Notes: generated by a model from the letters alone, not told the origin. A DNA stretch of 64,000 nucleotides from an uncultured Oceanobacillus sp. (GCA_938004015.1 CALKWU010000215.1:22-64021); one strand, 5' to 3'; positions 31,493 through 43,347 are shown, numbered from the stretch's first letter. Program-made: numbers and translations.

Positions 31493-32348
31493 CCAAGCAA
31501 GGAATTTACGAAAGAGAATCAAATTTTCCGCGAATCAGAAACAAGGGAAAACGATTGCGGTCATCAGCGGAAAAGGTGGGGTTGGAAAGTCCAATATCGC
31601 TTTGAACTTTTCTTTGGAATTGATCAACCGCAATAAAAAAGTGATGATCATCGATTTGGATATGGGAATGGGCAATATCAACATTTTGCTCGGCGTCCAA
31701 CCGGAACGGACGATCGTCGACTTATTCAACGAACGGTTATCAATCTTTGACATTATGGAAAAAGGACCGCATAACTTGCATTATATCGCCGGCGGTTCCG
31801 GATTGAATGATTTCATCCATCTTGATGAAGAAAAGCGGGAATTTTTCTATGAACAATTCAAAGAATTAGTCGATTCCTATGATTATATCATTTTTGATAT
31901 GGGTGCAGGGATATCCCAGGACAGCATTTTCTTCATTTTGGCGGCGGATGAGTGCATCGTCGTCACGACAACCGAACCGACAGCGTTCACCGATGCTTAC
32001 AGTGCGATCAAACAAGTGGTGAATCATGGGGGAAACATGCCCATCCATGTCATTTTGAACCGGGCGAGATCCAAAAAAGACAGGGTGACATTGGAACGTT
32101 TCCAACGTGTAGTGAAGCAGTTTCTTCACAGGGACATCCAGCCTTTAGGTGTCATTCCGGAAGATCGGATCGTATCCGAAGCGGTCATTAAACAGACGCC
32201 TTATGCATTATTGAACGAGAAAGCCCCCGCATCCAGATCCATCCGGAAACTGACCGACCACTTCTTGTCCGGCACAGAAGTTATTCCGTATCATGAAGAG
32301 CCGGCTTTTATCCAGCGACTAAAAAAATTATTCAGGGGTAAATTTTAA
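31485..32348 (+). CDS. flhG: MinD-like ATPase FlhG (YlxH)
   Basis: DQARNLR, SGKGGVGKSN. Confidence 0.95.
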   Translation: MTDQARNLRKRIKFSANQKQGKTIAVISGKGGVGKSNIALNFSLELINRNKKVMIIDLDMGMGNINILLGVQPERTIVDLFNERLSIFDIMEKGPHNLHYIAGGSGLNDFIHLDEEKREFFYEQFKELVDSYDYIIFDMGAGISQDSIFFILAADECIVVTTTEPTAFTDAYSAIKQVVNHGGNMPIHVILNRARSKKDRVTLERFQRVVKQFLHRDIQPLGVIPEDRIVSEAVIKQTPYALLNEKAPASRSIRKLTDHFLSGTEVIPYHEEPAFIQRLKKLFRGKF

Positions 32349-33424
32349 TGGAACCAATTCGCGTGCTTATTGTTGACGATTCAGCTTTTATGCGGAAAAT
32401 GTTGACGAACATATTGGAAAGCGATCCTCGTGTGCAAGTGGTCGGCACCGCACGGAATGGCCAAGAAGGCATAAAAAAGTTGAAACAATTGCATCCGGAT
32501 GTTGTGACGATGGATGTCAATATGCCGATAATGGATGGAATCAGCGCACTGAAGGAAATCATGGAAACAAATCCTCTACCAGTCATCATGTTGGCAAGTG
32601 AGTCAGGAACTTGCACAAAAAATACGATCCAAGCATTTGAATATGGTGCTGTCGATTTTATTATGAAGCCTTCAGGAGAAATTTCCCTTGATATTGAAAC
32701 AAAAAAAGAAGAAATCATTACCAAGGTCATTGCCGCAAAAGAAGCGACGCTCACACCTGGAACTCTCAGTGAAAAAAGAGCATCCCCATCAATTGAACAT
32801 GGGAGGACAAGACAGAAAACGTCAAGGAAACCGAAGAAGCAGACGCTCATTGCCATCGGTACTTCCACAGGTGGGCCAAGGGCATTGCAACGGGTATTGA
32901 TCGATTTGCCTGCCGATTTCGACATACCGATCCTCGTCGTCCAACATATGCCGCCGACTTTCACCAAATCGTTGGCAGATCGTTTAAATGCTTTAACCAA
33001 CTTACATGTGAAAGAAGCAACGGATGGGGAAAAAGTGGAAAAAGGGAAGGTGTATATTGCACCCGGTGATTACCATATGAAGGTGAAAATGAACGGGAAC
33101 AATTACATACTCAAGTTGACGAAGGATAAACCTCTCAATAATCACCGACCGAGTGTCGATGCTTTATTTTATTCGATTGCGGAACTTTCCGAAGTAAATA
33201 AAATTGCCATCGTTTTGACTGGTATGGGAAGTGATGGTTCTGAAGGTCTCCGCAAAATAAAGCAGGAGGATGAAGATGCTCTCATCATCGCTGAAGCGGA
33301 GGAAACATCGGTCATTTATGGTATGCCAAGGGCTGCTCGGGATACGGGATTGGCGGATAAAATATTGCCATTATACGAAATCGGCCCATTTTTGAAGTCT
33401 CTTCAAGCGAATAACCATGAGTAA
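32348..33424 (+). CDS. cheB: Chemotaxis methylesterase CheB
   Basis: Receiver domain plus STGGP, QHMP, GMGSDG. Confidence 0.96.
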   Translation: MEPIRVLIVDDSAFMRKMLTNILESDPRVQVVGTARNGQEGIKKLKQLHPDVVTMDVNMPIMDGISALKEIMETNPLPVIMLASESGTCTKNTIQAFEYGAVDFIMKPSGEISLDIETKKEEIITKVIAAKEATLTPGTLSEKRASPSIEHGRTRQKTSRKPKKQTLIAIGTSTGGPRALQRVLIDLPADFDIPILVVQHMPPTFTKSLADRLNALTNLHVKEATDGEKVEKGKVYIAPGDYHMKVKMNGNNYILKLTKDKPLNNHRPSVDALFYSIAELSEVNKIAIVLTGMGSDGSEGLRKIKQEDEDALIIAEAEETSVIYGMPRAARDTGLADKILPLYEIGPFLKSLQANNHE

Positions 33425-33446
33425 ACAATAAAAGGAGAGGAACAAC

Positions 33447-33917
33447 ATGGAGAATATCGGAACAGATAGTTTTAAAGTGATCATTTTCCGGTTGGAAGAT
33501 GAGGAATATGCATTGCCCGTCGAACATGTCAGTGCGATTGAAAGAGTCCATCCAATAACGAGAGTCCCTCAAACAGCCGAATTCATTAAAGGAGTCATCA
33601 ACTTGCGTGGTATTGTCATTCCAATCATTGATTTGCGCTTACGGTTTGGAATGCCGGAAAAAGAATTCACGGAAGAGACCCGTTTCATCATCATCTCCAT
33701 GAATGGAGTTGAAGTCGGTTTAATCGTCGATGAGGCAAACGACGTCATTGACTTGCCAAGAGAAGACATCGAACCTAATCCGGAAGTTGTCGGAACTGTG
33801 GCGGCCGATTACATCAATGGGGTGATAAAAATCGACAAACGTTTGTTCAGCCTATTGAACTTGGAAAAGATACTCATTTCGGAACAACATCAGCTTACCG
33901 TCGATAGGGAAGGATAG
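33447..33917 (+). CDS. cheW: Chemotaxis coupling protein CheW
   Basis: TRVP, GVINLRG, GLIVD. Confidence 0.96.
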   Translation: MENIGTDSFKVIIFRLEDEEYALPVEHVSAIERVHPITRVPQTAEFIKGVINLRGIVIPIIDLRLRFGMPEKEFTEETRFIIISMNGVEVGLIVDEANDVIDLPREDIEPNPEVVGTVAADYINGVIKIDKRLFSLLNLEKILISEQHQLTVDREG

Positions 33918-33924
33918 GGAAAAA

Positions 33925-34560
33925 ATGGATTATAATGAACTGTCTTCATTTCAATTGGATGTATTGCGGGAAATCGGAAATATCGGTGCGGGAAATGCAG
34001 CAACAGCTCTGTCCCAATTACTCAACAGAAAAATTGAGATGGTCGTTCCTTCTGTCAACATCGTTTCCTTCGATGAAATGATGGAATTGATCGGTGGAGC
34101 GGATGAAGTGGTCGTAGCCATTCTTTTCCGTATCTTTGGAGACATTCCGAGCAATGTATATTTCGTTTTATCCGTTGAAGAAGCAGAAATGTTAGTGCAG
34201 ACGATTACGGGTAATCCGGGCTTCACCATCATGGATGGAGATTTGGATGATGGTATGGCTATTTCCGTATTGGAAGAAATCGGCAATATCGTCACTGGAT
34301 CTTACATTTCGGCCCTTTCCGATTTGACGAAATTGCATATGCAGCCATCTGTCCCGCATTTAGGTGTCGATATGGCAGCAGCCGTCTTGACGTATGGTTT
34401 GATAGACATTTCCAAAGTGTCCGACTATGCCATCGTCATCGACTCAAAAATCAACAGTGCAGAAAAAGAAAAAGAACTGAAAGGGAACTTTTTCTTATTG
34501 CCGCATCCTGATTCATTAAAAGTATTATTCAAAACGTTGGGGATCGAACAAAATGGATAA
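33925..34560 (+). CDS. cheC: CheY-P phosphatase CheC
   Basis: D..EIGNIGAGNAATALS and a second EIGNI. Confidence 0.95.
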   Translation: MDYNELSSFQLDVLREIGNIGAGNAATALSQLLNRKIEMVVPSVNIVSFDEMMELIGGADEVVVAILFRIFGDIPSNVYFVLSVEEAEMLVQTITGNPGFTIMDGDLDDGMAISVLEEIGNIVTGSYISALSDLTKLHMQPSVPHLGVDMAAAVLTYGLIDISKVSDYAIVIDSKINSAEKEKELKGNFFLLPHPDSLKVLFKTLGIEQNG

Positions 34561-35050
34561 AACAGGAACCGTTGTACGAGTTGGCATAGCCGATATGGAT
34601 ACGGTGCGTGAACCGGATAAAATCAGAACATTAGGTCTCGGATCGTGTGTCGGCATCGTCATTTATGATGAAACGAAAAAAATTGCAGGAATGGCACATA
34701 TTTTGCTTCCCGACTCCGGTGTGACGAAACAAAATCCGATCAATCAAGCGAAATATGCGGATACAGCCATCCCTTTACTTGTTGAAAAGCTTGTCGATAT
34801 GGGTGCCAGAAGATATGCGATGAAAGCAAAAATAGCCGGTGGAGCAGAAATGTTCAAAGTGGATAACAGTTCGGAACTTTTACGGATAGGTCCGAGAAAT
34901 GTCGAAGCCTCATTGGAAGAGCTCGAAAAGTTACGGATACCGGTCATTGCGAAAGATGTCGGGGGCAGTATCGGTCGCACGATTGAGTTTGATCCGGCTA
35001 CAAGCCTTTTGAAAATCAGAAAAGTGAACAGAGAAGAGCTTGTCATTTAA
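34553..35050 (+). CDS. cheD: Chemoreceptor deamidase CheD
   Basis: LGSCVG, AHILLP, KIAGGAEMF, DVGG..GR. Confidence 0.96.
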   Translation: MDKTGTVVRVGIADMDTVREPDKIRTLGLGSCVGIVIYDETKKIAGMAHILLPDSGVTKQNPINQAKYADTAIPLLVEKLVDMGARRYAMKAKIAGGAEMFKVDNSSELLRIGPRNVEASLEELEKLRIPVIAKDVGGSIGRTIEFDPATSLLKIRKVNREELVI

Positions 35051-35097
35051 TTCATTTGTTCCAATGTCATTTAGTTTGCAGGAAGGAGTGGAGTACC

Positions 35098-35865
35098 ATG
35101 AATTCAGGTATGTCATCACAAGAACAATCCCTATGGAAGTACTGGAAAACCGCGAAAGATGATGCGACGATGAATGAAATGATCGAATATTACCAGTATT
35201 TAGTCGATTATCATGTGGAACGCATTTCCAGTCACTTACCGAATAATGTCAGCAAGGATGATGTCAGAAGTTTTGGACTCCTCGGCCTTTACGATGCAAT
35301 CACAAAGTTTGATGAAAAACGGAATTTGAAATTCGATACTTATGCTTCTTTCCGTATCAAAGGTGCGATCATGGATGGATTACGTAAAGAAGATTGGTTG
35401 CCCCGTTCACTTCGGGAAAAAGCGAAAAAAGTCGAACGAGTTTCCGAAGAATTAGAACAGAAATTACAACGAATGCCGACATCAAAAGAAATCGGCAAAC
35501 TGTTGGACATGTCTCCGGAAGAAGTCGAAACCATCGTCAAAGATGCTTTATTTTCAAATGTTCTTTCCATTGAAGAGAAGCCGAAGAATGAGATTGATTT
35601 TAATGAAGGAATCGGCTATACGATTCCTGATGATCAAGCCATCTCTCCGGAAGAGGAATTATATATGGAAGAATTGAAACAGGAACTGGTTGAAGCGATA
35701 AAGAAACTTAATAAAAACGAACAAATGGTCATCTCTCTTTTTTATAACGAAGAGTTGACATTGACGGAAATCGGGAAAATCTTGAATTTGACCACGTCAA
35801 GGATTTCACAAATACATAAAAAAGCGATATTTAAATTGAAAAACATTCTGGCCAAAGTTGTTTGA
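35098..35865 (+). CDS. sigD: RNA polymerase sigma-D (FliA)
   Basis: FDTYASFRIKGAIMDGLR..DW.PRS, SRISQIH. Confidence 0.96.
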   Translation: MNSGMSSQEQSLWKYWKTAKDDATMNEMIEYYQYLVDYHVERISSHLPNNVSKDDVRSFGLLGLYDAITKFDEKRNLKFDTYASFRIKGAIMDGLRKEDWLPRSLREKAKKVERVSEELEQKLQRMPTSKEIGKLLDMSPEEVETIVKDALFSNVLSIEEKPKNEIDFNEGIGYTIPDDQAISPEEELYMEELKQELVEAIKKLNKNEQMVISLFYNEELTLTEIGKILNLTTSRISQIHKKAIFKLKNILAKVV

Positions 35866-35896
35866 CCATATCTAGTGTTTGCTTGGGGGATACGAA

Positions 35897-37261
35897 TTGG
35901 AAAATTTGAAAGAGCATTTTCGGATTGATTTTAAAGATAATCGTATGGTAGCGGAGCTTGACTGTATCAAAAAAGTGGATGTGGATTTCCAGACAAATTT
36001 GAGTGAATGGAAAGAATTTTTAGCTTTCCATAAAGTGAATTTTGGGATAAAATACGATGTGATATCCAAACTTGCGGAAAACCTTCATGATATGGATTTC
36101 CCTATCATTATCGCAGAAGGATTACCGCCTCAAAATGGTGATGATGGAAAAATCGAATATCTCATCGATAAGGATATGGAAATGAAAAGGGACGAAAACT
36201 GGGATTTTCGTAACGTCATGAAAATCCCATCTGTCACGAAAGGGCAACCATTGGCGAAAAAGATTGACCCGACGCCCGGCAAGGATGGAAAAAATGTAAT
36301 GGGCCAGATTGCGAAAGCGATTCCAGGTAAACCCGCAATGGTCAGGCCGGGAAGAAACGTCGCTTTTGACGAATCGAGCCAAACTTATTATGCTGAAGAA
36401 AATGGTCAATTCAGCATCTCCGGAAGAAAAATTCAAGTATTGCCTGAGTACCACGTTAATGAAACCTTATCATTGAAAACAGGTAACATTGACTTTGTCG
36501 GAACGATCGTTATTCGTGGCGATGTTCCTTCCGGCTTTAAAGTGAGTGCAGAAGGTGATATCAAAATTTTCGGCATGGTCGAGGCGGCGACGATATCAGC
36601 GAAAGGATCCATATACATATCGGAGGGGATTGCCGGACAAGAAAAAGGTACCATCATCGCCGGGGATAACCTACACATTGGCTACATCAACCAAGCGAAT
36701 GTTTCCGTCGGCAATGACCTTTATGTGGAAAATTCGATTCTTCATAGTGAATGTGTCGTGAAGGGACATGTCTTTTCCAAACACGGGAACATCATCGGCG
36801 GAAGCTTATCGGCAGGAAAATCGATTGAAGCGAAAGATATCGGAAGCCGATTGGATACGAAAACCGAAATCGTATTAGGAGTGAACCGGACGATACTTGA
36901 AAAAGAGACGGCGTTAGTCAAGAAGAAAGAGGAACTTACGGAAATGAAAAGCAAACTGGAATTGCTCGGGCAAAAACTCCTTACGCAAGACCAGGCGAAT
37001 CCGAAAGTGAAGACTTCTTTGTTGAGGCAAAAGCATTCATTGCATGTCGTAACAGAACAATTGAAAGAAATTGACGATGAATTGGCGGATTTGACTAGTG
37101 AGATGGGTGATTTAAGCGAGGCAAAATTAATTGTGAAAAACTATATTTATCAAAATGTCATCGTCAGTTTCGGTAAATACAAACGGATCATGAAAAGCAA
37201 TTTCCGTGACGTGGAAATCCGTTTGGTCGATAATGAAATTACTGTACAGCAACGATACTGA
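35897..37261 (+). CDS. DUF342 / FapA-family flagellar assembly protein
   Basis: G.PP.NG.DG, TGNIDF.G...I.GDV beta-helix repeats, coiled coil; TTG start after GGGGGA. Confidence 0.85.
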   Translation: MENLKEHFRIDFKDNRMVAELDCIKKVDVDFQTNLSEWKEFLAFHKVNFGIKYDVISKLAENLHDMDFPIIIAEGLPPQNGDDGKIEYLIDKDMEMKRDENWDFRNVMKIPSVTKGQPLAKKIDPTPGKDGKNVMGQIAKAIPGKPAMVRPGRNVAFDESSQTYYAEENGQFSISGRKIQVLPEYHVNETLSLKTGNIDFVGTIVIRGDVPSGFKVSAEGDIKIFGMVEAATISAKGSIYISEGIAGQEKGTIIAGDNLHIGYINQANVSVGNDLYVENSILHSECVVKGHVFSKHGNIIGGSLSAGKSIEAKDIGSRLDTKTEIVLGVNRTILEKETALVKKKEELTEMKSKLELLGQKLLTQDQANPKVKTSLLRQKHSLHVVTEQLKEIDDELADLTSEMGDLSEAKLIVKNYIYQNVIVSFGKYKRIMKSNFRDVEIRLVDNEITVQQRY

Positions 37262-37311
37262 TCTGTATATTCCGATACATAATCCTAACATGGAAAGGAT
37301 TGGTGGATGGA

Positions 37312-37608
37312 ATGGGGATGAAAGCGGTCGAAATGCAAGTCGCATTGCCCCGGACACAAGATGCGGGGAAAATGCAGGATCAAATGCAACGACAGGGTGA
37401 AACATTACAGGGGATGCTCGCCCAATCCGAACTGGAAGCGGAAAAATTAAAACGTACCCAAGTCCAGCATATGGTTGAAACGAATCGTACAAAAAAGAAA
37501 GAAGAATCCGAACAAGAACGTAGAGAAAATAAGAAACAGAAAGCTAAAAAGAAAACAAGGAAAGATTACCACCCATATCTCGGTAGACGCATCGATTTCA
37601 ATGGTTAA
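37312..37608 (+). CDS. Hypothetical protein (KAVEMQVALPRT...HPYLGRRID)
   Basis: Co-oriented ORF with SD-like upstream sequence; I recall this gene type upstream of swrB in Bacillaceae. Confidence 0.75.
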   Translation: MGMKAVEMQVALPRTQDAGKMQDQMQRQGETLQGMLAQSELEAEKLKRTQVQHMVETNRTKKKEESEQERRENKKQKAKKKTRKDYHPYLGRRIDFNG

Positions 37609-37620
37609 AGGAGCGGTGAT

Positions 37621-38103
37621 ATGACATCGTTATTGCTCATCATCAGCTTTTTATTGCATCTTATCGCATTCGCCGCCATCTTCCAGTTACTGAAAAAAGT
37701 GCAAAGGTTTGAAAACAGGGCGAATCCGGAAGAATTTCAAGCAGTAATGGAACATGCATTGGAAGAAATCAAAGAAGAAAATGATCGTTTGCAACGGATG
37801 ATTCCAGTATACAAAGGCAATGATGTAAAAGCTGAACAAACAAAAGATAGCCAAACTACAACCAATCAGGTAACAGACGAACCACAAACGCCGATTTCCC
37901 CCATTCAGACAAAAAAAGATGAACATCCTCAGACCGGAATCGAACGTTTGTTGAATGATGAACAAGAGGATAAAGTGGAAGCGTCTCTCGAATCAAGGGT
38001 TTTACAATTGCATTCCCAAGGCGTCCCGGTTGAAGAAATTGCAAAGACACTCGATTGTGGAAAAACGGAGGCCGAACTCATCATTAAATTTTATGAGAAA
38101 TGA
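37621..38103 (+). CDS. swrB: SwrB (YlxL)-like membrane protein with C-terminal HTH-like motif
   Basis: N-terminal TM, EIKEENDRL, G...EEIAK.L..GKTE.EL; last gene before rpsB. Confidence 0.8.
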   Translation: MTSLLLIISFLLHLIAFAAIFQLLKKVQRFENRANPEEFQAVMEHALEEIKEENDRLQRMIPVYKGNDVKAEQTKDSQTTTNQVTDEPQTPISPIQTKKDEHPQTGIERLLNDEQEDKVEASLESRVLQLHSQGVPVEEIAKTLDCGKTEAELIIKFYEK

Positions 38104-38110
38104 AAAAGGC

Positions 38111-38139
38111 TTGCTTCCATGGTGCAGTTGTGATATATT
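38111..38139 (+). promoter_or_regulatory. Sigma-A promoter of rpsB
   Basis: TTGCTT-N17-TATATT with extended TG. Confidence 0.65.
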
Positions 38140-38177
38140 ATTTCTGGTATAAAGCTCTTGTCACTCGTAGACAAGGA

Positions 38178-38252
38178 CAACACACGTTTGGGGAATCGCT
38201 TATACGGTGCCAAATGCCATGGTCTATAAGCGAAGATGAACCGGGCGGAGGA
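38178..38252 (+). ncRNA. Ribosomal protein S2 leader (autoregulatory RNA)
   Basis: CACACG...GGTGC...AAGATGAA..GCGGAG with TCGCTTATA/TATAAGCGA stem in the rpsB 5'UTR. Confidence 0.7.
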
Positions 38253-38274
38253 AAAAACCAAGGAGGAGTTTAAT

Positions 38275-39084
38275 ATGGCAAACATTTCTATGAAGCAATT
38301 GTTGGAAGCTGGTGTACATTTCGGTCACCAGACACGCCGTTGGAATCCGAAAATGAAAAAATACATTTTCACCGAAAGAAACGGCATCTACATCATCGAT
38401 TTGCAAAAAACGGTAAAAAAGATCGATGAAGCATATAACTATGTAAGAGAGTTGGCGGCTAACGGAGGTACCGTACTCTTTGTCGGTACGAAAAAGCAAG
38501 CACAAGATTCCGTCAGGGAAGAAGCGACACGTTCTGGCATGTTTTACGTAAACGAACGTTGGTTAGGCGGTACGCTCACCAACTTCCAAACGATCCGCAA
38601 ACGAATCGAACGATTGAAAGAAATCGAGAAAATGGAAGAAGACGGCATTTTTGAAGTGCTTCCTAAGAAAGAAGTAGGGATTCTTTTAAAAGAAAAAGAA
38701 CGCTTGGAAAAATTCCTCGGTGGAATTAAAGAAATGAAAAAGCTCCCTGATGCTGTTTTTGTCATCGACCCGCGTAAAGAGCGCATTGCGATTGCAGAGG
38801 CGCGCAAATTGAACATTCCGATCATCGGTATTGTCGATACAAACTGTGATCCGGATGAAATTGACTATGTGATCCCTGCAAACGATGATGCCATTCGTGC
38901 AGTAAGATTGTTGACTTCAAAAATCGCTGATGCTATTTTGGAAGGAAAACAAGGGGAAGAAACTGCTGAAGTGGAAGCTCCGACAGCAGAAAAATCGGTA
39001 GAAGAAAAAACTGAAGAAGCAGAAGCTGAAACCGAGACAAAAACGGAAGCTGAAACTGAAACAGAAGCCTCAACTCAAGAATAA
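38275..39084 (+). CDS. rpsB: 30S ribosomal protein S2
   Basis: [27 protein letters not shown]. Confidence 0.99.
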   Translation: MANISMKQLLEAGVHFGHQTRRWNPKMKKYIFTERNGIYIIDLQKTVKKIDEAYNYVRELAANGGTVLFVGTKKQAQDSVREEATRSGMFYVNERWLGGTLTNFQTIRKRIERLKEIEKMEEDGIFEVLPKKEVGILLKEKERLEKFLGGIKEMKKLPDAVFVIDPRKERIAIAEARKLNIPIIGIVDTNCDPDEIDYVIPANDDAIRAVRLLTSKIADAILEGKQGEETAEVEAPTAEKSVEEKTEEAEAETETKTEAETETEASTQE

Positions 39085-39097
39085 TTTTGTAAATGGT

Positions 39098-39139
39098 AGG
39101 GGGTGATAAGAGGATGATTGCCTTTTATCACCTCTTTTT
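39098..39139 (+). terminator. rpsB-tsf intergenic terminator/attenuator
   Basis: GGGGGTGATAAGAGG...CCTTTTATCACCTCT-tttt. Confidence 0.75.
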
Positions 39140-39180
39140 AAGAAGGTAACAGCTTGTCAATATTAAAGGAGGAAAAACAA

Positions 39181-40874
<1,694 letters not shown>

Positions 40875-40877
40875 ACG

Positions 40878-41435
40878 ATGCCAAACAATGTGTTGAACGA
40901 AATGAAAGAAAAAATGGAAAATGCCATCCAAGCCTTTTCGCGAAACTTAGCCACTGTAAGGGCAGGACGAGCAAATCCGAGTCTATTGGACAATGTATTC
41001 GTCGATTATTACGGCACATCGACACCATTGAACCAACTTGCTACAGTAGGAGCTCCGGAAGCCCGCTTGCTTGTCATCACGCCATATGATAAAACGGCGC
41101 TTGGTGATATTGAAAAGGCAATCCAAAAAGCGGACTTGGGACTTTCTCCATCAAACGACGGGAATGTGATCCGGATCAGTATTCCGCCGCTTACTGAAGA
41201 GCGTCGGAAAGAATTGGTTCGAGTCGTCGGTAAGTTTGCCGAAGAATCCCGTGTGCAAGTACGGAACATCCGTAGGGAAGCAAACGACCAATTGAAAGAG
41301 ATGGAGAAAAATTCTGAATTGACCGAAGACGAACTGAGGAAATATCAAGATGATGTGCAGAAAGAAACCGATGCTTTCATCGGAAAAATCGATGATATGG
41401 TGAAGAACAAAGAACAAGAAATTATGGAAGTATAA
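40878..41435 (+). CDS. frr: Ribosome recycling factor
   Basis: [21 protein letters not shown]. Confidence 0.98.
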   Translation: MPNNVLNEMKEKMENAIQAFSRNLATVRAGRANPSLLDNVFVDYYGTSTPLNQLATVGAPEARLLVITPYDKTALGDIEKAIQKADLGLSPSNDGNVIRISIPPLTEERRKELVRVVGKFAEESRVQVRNIRREANDQLKEMEKNSELTEDELRKYQDDVQKETDAFIGKIDDMVKNKEQEIMEV

Positions 41436-41489
41436 AATATCCAGTTCGAGCTTTCTAAATGATGTGAAAACATGTAAAATGAAACTAGT

Positions 41490-41514
41490 GGCCCTCTTAT
41501 CAAAGGGGGCTTTT
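41490..41514 (+). terminator. Terminator after frr
   Basis: GCCCTCTT-atca-AAGGGGGC-tttt. Confidence 0.7.
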
Positions 41515-41541
41515 GTATTCTTAGCGGATAATCGTTATAAT
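41513..41541 (+). promoter_or_regulatory. Sigma-A promoter of uppS-cdsA
   Basis: TTGTAT-N17-TATAAT. Confidence 0.6.
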
Positions 41542-41679
41542 ATAAATGATTTTATCGACGATTTGATTCAGTTGGAAGTTCATGGGAAAACTGTTATTGC
41601 ATATATATGGATTAATCGCATGATGACCAATATGATTTTCCTATACCACCTAAGTTACCAAAAATTCGGAGGACATGAC

Positions 41680-42438
41680 ATGTCTATGAAATTACCTTTT
41701 GTTAAAAATGAGCGCCAAGATATCCCAACCATCAATTTTGAAAATGTCCCGAACCATGTCGCCATCATTATGGACGGTAATGGCCGTTGGGCAGAGAAAC
41801 GAGGTTTACCACGGGTGGCCGGTCATAAAGAAGGCGTCAAAGCTGTAATGAAAGTTGTTCGGGCTGCCCATAAGGCGAAAGTGAAGGTGCTGACACTTTA
41901 TGCTTTTTCCACGGAAAATTGGAATCGTCCCAAGACGGAAATCGATTTTCTGATGAAACTCCCGAAAGAGTTTCTTCATGTTTACTTGCCTGAATTGATG
42001 GAAAACAATGTTCGGGTTGAAACGATCGGGAATATCGACGCGCTTCCAATACATACAAAAAAGGCCGTCCAATATGCTATCAACAAAACGAAAAAAAATG
42101 ATGGGCTTCTTTTGAATTTTGCTTTGAATTATGGAAGCCGCTATGAAATCATGCACGCCATCAAGCAAATTATGGAAGATGTCGATGGGGAAAAATTATC
42201 CCTCGATTCCTTGGATGAAGAAATTTTTTCAAAATATTTGTATACGAATGGATTATCCGATCCGGATTTGTTGATTCGGACAAGCGGTGAAAAACGATTG
42301 AGCAACTTCCTTCTTTGGCAGCTTGCTTACAGTGAGTTTTGGTTTACCGATGTGTTGTGGCCGGATATGAACGAAGAGATTTTTTATGAAGCAATCAAGG
42401 ATTATCAAAAAAGGAAGCGGAGATACGGAGGTATATAA
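41680..42438 (+). CDS. uppS: Undecaprenyl diphosphate synthase
   Basis: HVAIIMDGNGRWA, FSTENW, RTSGEKRLSNFLLWQ; GGAGG SD. Confidence 0.97.
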   Translation: MSMKLPFVKNERQDIPTINFENVPNHVAIIMDGNGRWAEKRGLPRVAGHKEGVKAVMKVVRAAHKAKVKVLTLYAFSTENWNRPKTEIDFLMKLPKEFLHVYLPELMENNVRVETIGNIDALPIHTKKAVQYAINKTKKNDGLLLNFALNYGSRYEIMHAIKQIMEDVDGEKLSLDSLDEEIFSKYLYTNGLSDPDLLIRTSGEKRLSNFLLWQLAYSEFWFTDVLWPDMNEEIFYEAIKDYQKRKRRYGGI

Positions 42439-42453
42439 GGTGATGAAAGGTAT

Positions 42454-43245
42454 ATGAAGCAACGGATTATTACAGCGATTTTGGCATTGGCGGTATTTAT
42501 CCCCTTTGTCGTCATCGGGGGATTGCCTTTTACTTTATTCATTTATTTGATAGCGACAATCGGATTGATGGAATTGCTCAAAATGAGGCATATACCTCTC
42601 ATTTCCGTACCCGGTATCATCGGCATCATCGGTTTATGGTTGTTGTTGTTGCCGGACAAATCCGAATTTTTTCCATTTGGTCCGATCGTTTTAGCAGATT
42701 TCTATACAGTGCTCATTTTATTTTTACTCGCATATACGGTGCTTGTCCGTAACAAATTCACATTTGATGAAGCGGGATTTGTCATACTAACAACTTTATA
42801 TGTCGGTATCGGCTTTTATTTCCTGATTGAGACAAGACTTGGTATCAACGGATTCAGCAATATCCTTTTTGCTTTTTTCATCATTTGGGCGACGGACACA
42901 GGAGCTTATTTTATCGGGAAAACGTTCGGTAAGCGAAAGCTTTGGCCGGAAATCAGTCCGAAAAAAACAGTGGAAGGAGCTATCGGAGGCATTGCGACAG
43001 CTTGTCTAGTAGCCATTATCTTTCATCTTATCCAGCCATTTTCCCATACCTTGGCTGTCGTTGTAATAGTGACGGTGTTCGCATCGATTGTCGGTCAAAT
43101 TGGAGATTTGGTGGAATCGGCATTCAAACGAAATTATGGAGTGAAAGATTCGGGTAGGCTGTTACCGGGACATGGCGGCATACTCGATCGGTTCGATAGT
43201 ATGCTGTTTGTGCTGCCGTTTTTACATTTAATCCAATTCATTTAA
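42454..43245 (+). CDS. cdsA: Phosphatidate cytidylyltransferase
   Basis: ISPKKT.EG, GDLVES, KDSG..PGHGGILDRFDS. Confidence 0.97.
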   Translation: MKQRIITAILALAVFIPFVVIGGLPFTLFIYLIATIGLMELLKMRHIPLISVPGIIGIIGLWLLLLPDKSEFFPFGPIVLADFYTVLILFLLAYTVLVRNKFTFDEAGFVILTTLYVGIGFYFLIETRLGINGFSNILFAFFIIWATDTGAYFIGKTFGKRKLWPEISPKKTVEGAIGGIATACLVAIIFHLIQPFSHTLAVVVIVTVFASIVGQIGDLVESAFKRNYGVKDSGRLLPGHGGILDRFDSMLFVLPFLHLIQFI

Positions 43246-43266
43246 TCGTTTTCGGAATAACAAAGT

Positions 43267-43295
43267 TTGTCATGCCGTTTAAAAATCTATACAAT
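43267..43295 (+). promoter_or_regulatory. Sigma-A promoter of rseP
   Basis: TTGTCA-N17-TACAAT. Confidence 0.6.
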
Positions 43296-43347
43296 TGAAA
43301 GCAGAGCTTTGGAAGATCAAGAATTCTGTTTGAGAGAGGTGGTTCAT

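Noticed and set aside
37252-37278. TCCGATAC sigma-D -10 box upstream of the small hypothetical gene
   Set aside because: No acceptable TAAA -35 at the correct spacing.
41464-41679. 72-codon in-frame extension of uppS (similar extensions for pyrH, rseP, fliH, flhA, ymxH)
   Set aside because: The extensions cross terminators, promoters or upstream genes. SD-supported downstream starts match the known N-termini.
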